64,000 nucleotides of DNA, taken from contig NW_004797357.1 in assembly GCF_000002075.1 (NCBI RefSeq), positions 1,053,723 through 1,117,722 on the forward strand. The letters run 5' to 3'. Positions 1 to 9,620 of this stretch are shown in pieces. The stretch is from Aplysia californica. Its lineage: Eukaryota. Numbering within the stretch: position 1 is the stretch's first letter; every line of letters begins with the position of its first letter. A model generated the notes under the pieces. That model was given only the letters and a program-made list of their open reading frames with translations. It made no database searches and was not told the origin of the DNA. The translations under genes were made by a program, and so were the position numbers.

Positions 1-29
1 TTTTTTCACTTCAAGCAAGGATATATACC

Positions 30-290
30 CTGCTGAAAGCCTTTTCGGACAAGGGTGAAAAATCTCGGAGGTCCAGTGTGTGCAAGTTGCGCGTTTAAGA
101 TCCCGTGGTGGTCTAAAATCAATAAGAGTAGGCTTTGGCTGCCACCCGCGCAAATTCATAATTTCCCACCAACTGAAAATGTTTCATGTGTCCCGCGCGC
201 TCATATATCATATAGTATATATATGAATATGACCTTATTATATATGCATTTGCAAGCGCCGTAAAACGCTTACTACCAACAAAAAAAAAA
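30..290 (+). mobile_element. 3' part of a Nin/Deu-domain SINE
   Basis: GCCTTTTCGGACAAGGGTGAAAAATCTCGGAGGTCCAGTG...GTTTAAGATCCCGTGG...AAGAGTAGG resembles the Nin/Deu SINE central domain as I recall it. It ends in the GACCTTA...TTGCAAGCGCCGTAAAAC tail shared with other repeats in this window, then an A-rich run. Confidence 0.6.
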
Positions 291-1108
291 GAAAAGAAAG
301 AGATCAACTCTTGGATCATGCAATTTAACATCCACCTTCCTTGAGTTTATTTGGCATTATGGATTTTTGTATAAAATTTATTCTTCAATGCACAGATAGT
401 TGCTATTAGAAATAAAACATGGATGATTTTTAAGAAGTTACAAAGGTTTGCGTTCTCCTCAATTTTGGTTCAAATTTATAAAATTTTATATTTTCGAACG
501 CATTGATTCCCTTCATATTGACAAATGCTACGTCTCCTTGGTTGAATTTTGTTTGTTCAAAGTTTCTTTGAAATGAAAGTGGTTGTGAGATGTCCAAGTT
601 ATTGTCCTTTAAATGGGTCGTGTTTGAGACACCCGGTATTATGATTTACATTGTAAATTGTGTCTTCACCCCCTACCCCCCAATAACAGTATTATGGGCG
701 GGGGGGAGGGGACATGAATACAACATAATCTTGAACTCATGTCCTTTGTTTCATTGGTTTGAAAGAACACATGTATAATTAAAGAAGGGGGAGACCATTA
801 AATGAAGAACAAGTCTGTCTGTCAGCATTTTGAAAAATAAAACCTGAATTTTCGTCTGATTAGGATTTTCGAGTGATTATTCTTTGATTCTATACCAAAA
901 TACTTCATATTAAAGTAGTGTTTTAAAATGTTCAAAATTCTGGCTTTGAGGATAACATATTTGCCCCTTTTACTGTTAGTGAATCTGTTGAACCTTTGAC
1001 TGTTCTACATCTGTTTAGTAATTATTATTGATTCATGTTTATGCGACTATAAAAAAGACACATAGATCTTTAATTGTTTCAGTCTATGTGATTGTCCACA
1101 GCTCACAA

Positions 1109-1367
1109 ATGGAAGAAGTAGTGGCGGCCTTGTTCAAGGTTGGAATCGTTGCCTATGGGCCAGCCAGTCTCCTGTATGCTGTGGGTTCATTTACGGACAA
1201 CTGGCTTGAATTTCAGTATGAGGGACTGGCAAAGACATATTCTGCTGGCTTGTTTAAGGAATGTTTTCGCAAGAGCACCAAACACGAGGATGCTGAGACA
1301 AATCATGGCACTGAAGAGGGAAATTTTTTCATTGACTGTGAACGTTACGAGAACAATGGTGTACCAG
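1109..1367 (+). CDS. Claudin/PMP22/EMP-superfamily tetraspan protein, coding exon 1
   Basis: MEEVVAALFKVGIVAYGPASLLYAVGSFTDNWLEF...SAGLFKECF...IDCERYENNGVP: TM1 followed by the W..GL[FW]..C...C first-loop signature. Donor G|GTAGGT, phase 1. Confidence 0.8.
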
Positions 1368-1410
1368 GTAGGTCTGTCTTGTATTTGTCCTGACCCCCTT
1401 GTTTATGATA

Positions 1411-1580
1411 TACATTGGAAACCATATTATATAACAGGCCTGGTAATAACAGGGATCCGGTAATAACATGGATTTTTTAAATCCCCGTTTTTTTCCTACT
1501 TTGTCTCTATTAAAAGTTATCGTTAACAGGGCCTCATCGGAGCCCAATCGGTTATAGCAAGGACAAAGGCTTGTTAACAA

Positions 1581-1611
<31 letters not shown>

Positions 1612-1933
1612 GGGGAGAGAGTAATGCAGTGATGGAGCAAGCCCACGCTAGCCATGCCACTGCAAGCACACGCAGCGGGTGAAGCGAGAGAGGGCTGCGG
1701 TGTGTTGCAAACTTCGATCTAGCCCTAAGCCTAGCTACATGCACACGTAATGTGTCATGCGCAGGCTTGCCACATGGCCAAAACCCCTGTTCGTGGATGC
1801 TTATGGAAAGGGAAAATACCCATGAATAAATACAGCTGGATTAGTCCTCAAATGCTAACTTCCCTTGCATTTCTGATTTAACAAGACTTTTTCTCTGGTC
1901 CCACCATCCCTGTTATATCAAATTTCTATTGTA
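1411..1933. mobile_element. Tc1/mariner (Tigger-like) MITE containing a (GA)n tract
   Basis: Imperfect terminal inverted repeats with TA ends (TACATTGGAAACC...TATAACAG and CTGTTATATCAAATTTCTATTGTA). Confidence 0.45.
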
Positions 1934-2179
1934 CATGTTATACTTTCAATCAGGACACAATATGGTCTAGCCAATTCAAATTTATTTTTGTTTGCAGTCA
2001 TTCTATTATGTTGTAATTTCCTGTGGCGAAGTGTCTATATAATCAAATAATCACTGCTTCCCTTCCTAATTTTGGAACATCGTCGCAGTCATATTCACCT
2101 ATAGACGTAGGCCTCATAAATTAAAAGTAAAAAGACGTCCATGATCACCAATAACAGTATGTCTAACATTCCAAACTGT

Positions 2180-2420
2180 TTCATTGCCCCATATATACCC
2201 TGTTCCCCCCTTTCGGGCCACTCCATAAGCGGTCAGAAGCTATGATTATGTAAGCTTAAAGTACAGCTGGAAGAGTCTACCAAAAGAGTTGAAGGGAAAA
2301 TTCATTGCCACATAAATATCCTGTTCACTCCTTTCGAGCAACTGTCATAAGCAGTCACAAGCACTGATTATTAACTTAAAACTATTACACTGGTTGAGTC
2401 TACCTCACAGGTGAGGGGAA
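2180..2420. repeat. Diverged ~121-bp tandem duplication
   Basis: TTCATTGCC..ATA..TA.CCTGTTC...CATAAGC.GTCA.AAGC...GATTAT...CTGG..GAGTCTACC occurs at ~2180 and again at ~2301. Confidence 0.75.
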
Positions 2421-2724
2421 GTAACTCCTAAACATCTCATGACTGCTATGAGCCCTTGTTTTTTTCCTCGACTTTTTACCGTCCTATAATCAGATCGTGA
2501 CCTCAATTATGACATCGGCTCCTGACCGCGAAAAGCTAGACAAAAACAGCCAAATTTGAAATCAAATTGATAGTTGTCGTGTATTAGATCTACTCGTAGT
2601 ATTGGCATCTCTGCGTTTGTTTGTGCATTTAGTGTTAGTTGAAATAAATAATAATATTTTATGAGATACTTTCCCGATTATTTTGGCGGTTGAACATGCA
2701 ATATGAATTCAGGATTTGTTTTCA

Positions 2725-4030
2725 TTCACAACTCAGTGTTGCCGCCCCGGTTTCGATTCTTGTTTGACATCTCTGTCTGGTTCCTTGTCTCACTTTGATT
2801 ACCCCGTCAAACAAGTCAGCCTTTGCCCCTGCTAATTTCTGAAGTTTAATGTATAGACATGTTTGAAATGTCATAGAAATAATATCTCTAATATAAAGTG
2901 CCATGATGTTCTCCTGTCATTGTCCTGTACGCTATATTCCTCTAAGACTTCCCAATGTTGACGTCTATTTACCCTGTCGAACGCCTCTTCTTGATCCACG
3001 AAGACGATATTGAGATCTTTTTCGTGTGCAATGGCAGTCTCACACAACTGTCTGTTAATGCAAAAATAGGGTCAGTACTGCCCTTGCTTTTCTGAAACCC
3101 AACTCACTGAGTTGAGTCTCTACAGTTGGTCTCATTCTCATTTCCAATATCTTGGCAAACATTTTACCCACAAGGCTGAGTTGTAGGTTCCACAGTTTTG
3201 TTACCTGACCTTTCTTTTCCCAATAGTACAATGAATGACAGCTAGTTGCCAGTCACCGGGTGTTGTTACTGTCGCCCAGGCCAGGTTAAATATCCTCCAC
3301 AGTCAGAGTTCACCGAAATGGTCACATAGCTTGATCTCTTCTGCTGTGATGTTATCAACACTTGGCACTTTGTTTGTGGGGCTTTTCTTCATATCATGTT
3401 GGGTTTCTTTTGGTGAGAAGCTGAAATAGTGTTATTTCTTCTGTAGGATTCAGCAGCTCCTGGAAACAAAGTTTCCATATTTCCTTAATCTTCAGCTTAC
3501 TAAAAATAGGGTTTCTGTTCTCGTCATTGATTATTTCAGTTGAGTTGAATGGTTCTCCCTGCATCCTCATGCTTTTATAACTCATGTAAAGCTCTCTGGG
3601 GTCTTCTTTACATTTTGTTGCCAGCTTTTCTCCATATATACTGTCTAGGATCTGCTCTTAGCTTCTTTCACTACCCTTGTTGTTTTGCGGCGTTCCTTTC
3701 TGTATATGATGTAATCTTTCTCTGTCTTTGATTTCTGCCACTTTTTGAATGCCTTTTTCTTCAGTTGGATGGCTTCCTTTACTTGGTCATTCCACCATAG
3801 AGTTGTTTTCCTTTTCTTCCCTCCTGTTTTCCTGGTGCTGAACTCTTCTTTTAATGCTCTGTTCACACTTGCTTTGAAGTGGCTACATTCCTCTTCAATG
3901 TCTCCTGGTTGTTTGGGCAATTTTTGAAATACATCTTTCTTACATTCATGTATCTTATCTTTGGTATCGTCATTTATATTTCTGAGGTTCACAACTTCTC
4001 GTCGTTTCCTTGTTTCTGGGCTGCATATAA
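2725..4030 (-). mobile_element. Decayed RTE-clade LINE fragment (linker plus reverse transcriptase N-part) in intron 1 of the claudin-like gene
   Basis: ORF 3645-4088 has WWNDQVKEAIQLKKKAFKKW...VKEAK. Near 2940-3015 the - strand reads DLNIVFVDQEEAFDRVNRRQHWEVL (RT motif), and KVRQG lies near 2785. Multiple stops and frameshifts. Confidence 0.85.
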
Positions 4031-4399
4031 TATTACCCCGAGCTCTTAGTTTGTTAGAGCCGAGTGTAAGGTGAATAAATAAAAGCACTCAGTGAATTTA
4101 GAAGAGATAGACCAATTGGCAGCTATATGAGAGTACAATCAGAGAGGACGCAATCGGCCAAGAGCTGTATATGTGAGAAAGCTGTTGAAGTCTCCAGAGA
4201 CAGACTTGTGTGGCATGGACTGTGCTCTGCCTTGTGTAGCTGATAGTATAGGGAGAAAGGTGGGTGGAAACCTTTAAAAGAATTAATTAATAAATAAATA
4301 AAAAGATAATGGCGGCACAAAATCACAGTCTGTGACCTTGCACCTCATTTTATTTACTTTTTTATAACTTTTTTTTTTTGCATTTGTCTTTTCACACAG

Positions 4400-4555
4400 G
4401 GTACATCCACGAGACTCGTTGTTTAATGGTTCTTGGGATGATCTGCTTGTTTACTGCTCTTGTGATGGGTTTCAAGTTCCTGAGGGGCAGAAACTGTCGA
4501 ATCGGTTGCATCGTGTTTACTCTTACCAAAGCTTGTGTAGTCAGCTGTTGTGGAG
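4400..4555 (+). CDS. Claudin/PMP22-superfamily protein, coding exon 2 (TM2 and start of TM3)
   Basis: Acceptor ttttcacacag, donor G|GTATG, phase 1/1. Encodes GYIHETRCLMVLGMICLFTALVMGFKFLRGRNCRIGCIVFTLTKACVVSCCG. Confidence 0.8.
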
Positions 4556-5498
4556 GTATGAATCTAATGGCACCCTGAGCTTACATTTTAGTGTACAATG
4601 AAGTCCTCCACTTAGCTGCTAATGTTGATCAGAGTAAAATACTCAGAGCAGATGGTTAGACAAGCATTAGGGCACAACATGAATGATGTGCTAGTGACAA
4701 AAACTGCCTTTGGAAAAGTGTGAAAGGATACAATAACACAGGACAATCTGAAACATTTTTTTGTGGTAAGCAGGAAGAAGGTACTTTGCCTTGGCATACC
4801 GGTACTCTATCAAGATCGTCCATCTAGATGGGGGTTTTTAGCATCGACTCACAAAAAGATATTAGGTTAGTCCTGACAGTAATTTACCTGTATTTTTCCT
4901 CAATTATAGATATCATCTATAGGATGATTACAAACAATCTTTGTTTTGTTTTCAAATTTACCCATTTACTATTTTCAGAGACCAGTATTACTGTAAACTG
5001 GTTTTTATGTTTTGCATTGTATGTTTTTTGTGTTTTGCCTTTTTCATTTTTCATGAACGTTTTAAATTTTTAACTTGTATGGCTCAGTGTCGCATGTCCC
5101 AATTCAGTAGTTCTCCGTTTAAGGCTTGGGAAATTTCTATAAAAATTGCAAATTCAAATTGGCACCAAAAGTACCCAATAGACAGTATTTAGTTCATATC
5201 AAGGTCTAGCAGCAATTATATTCCAATTCCAACCCTTACCTCTGTATTTGATTAAACTGATATATGTTGGCATTGCTTCTATCTGGCTTGGCTAAAAAAT
5301 TATCTCATAAGTATTCTCTTCATAAAAACTGTAGTTGGGTATGCTCATATATCTGCACTCTTACTTCGGCAGTTTTCCAAGGTTCTCACTTAATGTAGAC
5401 ATTTAATAGGCAGTGTTCAATAACTCTTTGATCTTGATATTTCTCTCTCATAAAAAAACAAATTTTTAGTGACACTCTCATGATTCTCTTCTCCTCAG

Positions 5499-6319
5499 TC
5501 GGATTTGGACACATAGGTTTAAATTATTACCTTAATGGGTACCCGAAGAAGCGATACCCTGAAGCCACAACAGGCTGGTCTTACCGCACAGTTCTGACCT
5601 CATTACACATGGCAGTTATATGTGCTGGGCTTATCATGCTACCTCGGGTATATGGGCAAGTATCAAAGCTTTTAGGCATAAAGCCACTCAGGGTTCTTGA
5701 TCCAGGTTCACTGGAGGATGCTGAAAGCAATGATTCTGATCCTGAAGCAGTAGACAGGCCCAGTGATAGAGTGGGAGATAGGCCTGGTGACAGAGCAGTT
5801 TTGAGTGTTGTTGATGAAAATGTAGAAGACCCAGTGGACAGAGAAGAAAGAGCTTTGAGAGAAGCAGAAGAGAGCCCCCGCAGTTTTCCCACAGCACGTT
5901 CACTTCATCCGATCTATTTAAATGACATAGATCCCAACGCCATCACAGACGGGATGAATGAACTCAGAGCTTATGTACAAGAGCTCGAAGATGATGAGTC
6001 TGAATATCACACAGCAGGAAGTTCCAGCTCTGACTCTAATGCCAACCGTGTTAATGCAGCTCCACACTCTGATGAAACTGACCCCCCTCCAGCTTACCAT
6101 CTAGTACAGGATTCAAACCTTTCACCCCAACTACGCCATGACAACGCAACCTCCTCACCCCAAGAGCACAATGACAGCTCTACACCGCCATCATACGAGG
6201 ATGTCATCAGAGGTCTTTACACCACATATTCTGTTATACCTGCTACAGCGCCTGGGCCATCCACTACCACCGCGTCTATGCCTTCTGATACTTCAGCTTC
6301 TTCTGAAACAATTAGCTGA
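5499..6319 (+). CDS. Claudin/PMP22-superfamily protein, last coding exon (GWSY, TM4, long acidic Ser/Pro-rich tail with PPAY and PPSY)
   Basis: Acceptor ctcttctcctcag is phase 1 and in frame with ORF 5480-6319. GWSY precedes a hydrophobic TM4. Joined CDS is 259+156+821 = 1236 nt = 411 aa plus stop. Confidence 0.8.
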
Positions 6320-6827
6320 AAAACAGCAAGCGTTATGATGACATCTACCAGTACGGATCTTGCCCGCTCTTCAGTCCTGGCTAAGACGTCATCTGCCCAG
6401 GAGGAGGGGAAGCACTGCCTCTTCTAGTGAGTCACAACAAGACTCAGAGGTTGTGTCTGTGTCAGCTTTGTCGGAGAGCACAACACCAACAGTTTCTGAG
6501 CCGTCTACTACCTCCATGTCTCTGCCTTCTAATCCTTAGGCTTCTTCTGAAACAATTAATGAAGAACAGCGAGCATTAAGACAACATCTACCAGTGCGGA
6601 TCTTGACCTCTCTTTGGGTCTGGCTGCCCAGTGATGTGTCTAGCTGGAGGGAAGGAGGAGCTGTCACTTCTCCTGGTGTGCCACTACTAGTCCCAGAATC
6701 TGCATCTCCGTCCAGGAACACAACATATGGACGGGCCTCAAAACCAAGTTGCTTGTCTCGAGTGCAGCAACCCCCAGTCTCTCTTGCAGACCTACCACCA
6801 TCAAATGATGAAGTAATGCACTCCTAA
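6320..6827 (+). pseudogene. Decayed former coding extension of the claudin-like tail, including a diverged ~245-bp duplication
   Basis: 6267-6410 and 6507-6660 are diverged copies of each other. One frame runs to 6827 with only TGA-TGA (6336-6341) and TAG (6537-6539), ending in ...DLPPSNDEVMHS. Confidence 0.55.
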
Positions 6828-7262
6828 CGTTTTAATTCCCTTTGCAATCGTATCATTCAGAAATGTTTCATTGATCTGTGAAAGTTAATATATTTTTGTA
6901 TATTATACAATCTGCCTTAAGAAATAATATTTGAAGAAGGCTGATTGACCCTGGAAGCATTTTCAGATATCCAGAAAGACATTGAGTGAAAATTCGGTGT
7001 GTTTCTTAGAGACCAGTATCAAAATGCCTTCTGAACTGTGAAAATTGCCAGTTGTTCTGCTTTTTGTAAGTGATCATGCTACAATATAAAAGTAGCTATT
7101 GATGAACATGCTCCAAGCTATGCGTAGTAAAAATGAACCAGTTGCAGGTAACAAGAATGGAGTCTCTTTACATTTTCGTTTACTGGTGAGCTTCATGATA
7201 CAAATATAATTCATGATTACATTGGTACCATATTTTCTTAACTTTTCAACTTTTGTCTTTAA

Positions 7263-7267
<5 letters not shown>

Positions 7268-7332
<65 letters not shown>
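7268..7332. repeat. (CT)n microsatellite
   Basis: Perfect dinucleotide run. Confidence 0.98.
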
Positions 7333-7337
<5 letters not shown>

Positions 7338-8013
7338 TGTAAACCTAAAAAAGAGATACTATACTGTTGCTTGATCAAAGCTATTTGCTATTGTGTAATG
7401 CTATTTTCATGCCTCTAATACTACTAATAGTAGGGCAGTATGTTTCTTTATTCAGCCGTGTGCCATATCATCATGTGTCGATAGACGGATGGCTGGGTGG
7501 ACTTACTTTTTTAAAAGTAATAATATTGCAAATTCATGCTAGCAACAAAATTCTGTGCTGTGCCATTTTGTACCGACTGTGCTCAACATAACTGTGATTC
7601 TTTCAGTCCATCTGAAATGGCGTTTTCTGAGAAAGAACAGGGTATTTGTGAGGTGGTGTTGAAAAGTCAAGGTTTTATATAAGAAAAACCTCTGCGTGAG
7701 ATAAAGGCATTTCTGAACCTCGAGTTTTAGATTGTCAAAGCTTTTCTTTCTTCAAAATATCAGTCATAGTTTCTAATTGTTCAGTCCTTCATAAGGACAA
7801 CCTCACGAAATACATAAATGAGATAAACAACGTTAATAGTAAATATCTCTGGCTTTTCATTTATGGAAGAAACAATGATACACTTACAATAGTTTCCTGA
7901 CACCNNNNNNNNNNNNNNNNNNNNNNNNNNNNNNNNNNNNNNNNNNNNNNNNNNNNNNNNNNNNNNNNNNNNNNNNNNNNNNNNNNNNNNNNNNNNNNNN
8001 NNNNTCTTTTTAT

Positions 8014-8045
8014 CTCCTCCTCCTCCTCCTCCTCCTCCTCCTCCT
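8014..8045. repeat. (TCC)n microsatellite next to an assembly gap
   Basis: Direct reading. Confidence 0.95.
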
Positions 8046-8642
8046 GGTCCTTTATATGAATTATAGTTACAGTGATCAGTCTTGTCAGAAGTTGGTTCTT
8101 TTTAATTTCTCTTTGGTTTTCCCAGGTAAGGCAGTGGTAGCTGTAAACTCTGTGGTGGTACCCAAGTACAATGCAAGCTCTGTTGTTCATTCATAGTTTG
8201 TCATTGGGATTCATTTGTCAATGAGATGGCGTTCTATCACAATCATGCACATTGTCTGATTAAATATGTTTACATGCACGTTGATATTGTACAGACTTCA
8301 ACATACGTTAAGGACCACCTAGATAGACAGCGTTGATCTTTAAAATTCAGAAAAAAGACAGCAAGGAATGTTTTTTTGCTTTTTTTTTTTTTTGAAATGT
8401 TAATGGGTTACCAATGCGTTCTGCCAAGCTTCCTTAAGGGGCAAAACCACCACGTGAAGCACGAAAATCCTCGGGGAATTTTAGCGAAATATGCTGTTTT
8501 TTATCGACTTGTGTGCAACACCACGGACATTCCTCAGTTTAAATTTCTGGTCCACGTCATAAACGGACGTACGGACTCGAACTGTTCTCTCTTTGGTGGC
8601 AACGTAAGCCGCTGTTTGCGCAAAATTCTGTATCGCATCAAC

Positions 8643-8835
8643 ATGCCACCGAGACGAAAGCTGAGAGACTGATCGTGCCAGAGCTATGGCATGGCTACAG
8701 GATGGAGTTAGAGCCCGAGAAGTTGCCAGAAGGCTTGTAGTGTCACACTCTGTCATTGTCCGCTTGAGGCAGTCCCATCAAGTCACTGGATCAGTCCAAG
8801 AACGCCCATGTGCAGGTAGACCCAAGGAGACCACG
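8643..8835 (+). mobile_element. Tc1-family transposase relic (N-terminal paired-like HTH), frameshifted and truncated
   Basis: MPPRRKLRD / DRARAMAWLQDGVRAREVARRLVVSHSVIVRLRQSHQVTGSVQERPCAGRPKETT: Tc1 HTH plus the GRP[RK] motif. No DDE domain follows. Confidence 0.8.
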
Positions 8836-9423
8836 AGTGTTTGCAAGTGGCCCTTTAACTTATGTTAAAATCTGTATTTCTGACAGCCTATCCAATCAAA
8901 CCTTTATTTCCGTCCAGTGTATTCCTTCGTTTCAAAAATCTTTTCAAGAGCTGGGCAAACTCCGGGTTGCTGTTACTGGGGAAACAAGAAGACGATTCAC
9001 GTAATGGTGCTTTCCCTTTCATTTCGAATTGTTCTATTTTTTTGTTGTTGTTGTTAAAGGAAACACATTGACGTCATGACTCTTCAATAAAATAGCCAGT
9101 GATTGGTGGCTCCAGTTCCTTATTTTTTAAAATTCTTCTCCAACTTCAATGACGCTTTTACCAGCTTCTAGCCAATGGTGGGTGGTTGGAGAATGTCACT
9201 AATGGGTCTTACGTCCTTGCTTTTCCTCGGTTTATCTCTTCTACGTTTTGTCTGTCTTGCTTTTTTCCTGACACAATAAGTGACAATTATTGATTAAATG
9301 TCTTTCCTTTTCTACAACGAACGAACCATGCCAAATGAGGCCATTAGTATGCCAACTCATTGGGAAAGAATTTCAGCTCATTGCATTATGTATAATATAT
9401 ATGCATTCCTGATTTATCTATTT

Positions 9424-9620
9424 GTTAGTTTTAATAGAGGTTTTACGGCGCTCACAACTGCATAAGGTCATATGAATGCCAGAAGATTAATTAAAGGTGC
9501 TACAAGAGAGTTATGAGAGTAACAAACATAAAAAAGAAGAAGGGGAGAGATAAGGACGATTGATGTTTGATAGGAAAGAAGAAGCAAACCACAACAGAGT
9601 ACCCGCCAACCACCCACGCA
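9424..9620 (-). mobile_element. Interspersed retroposon 3'-end family (copy)
   Basis: GTTTTACGGC...CATAAGGTCATAT...GAGAGTAACAAA...AAGGGGAGAGATAAGGACGAT...GCAAACCAC...CCGCCAACCACCC recurs at ~41862, ~59470 and ~59815. Confidence 0.8.

Noticed and set aside
6317-6430. Selenocysteine or readthrough at the claudin-like TGA
   Set aside because: No TGA-CTAG context and no recognisable SECIS. The frameshifted duplication explains the downstream coding-like sequence better.
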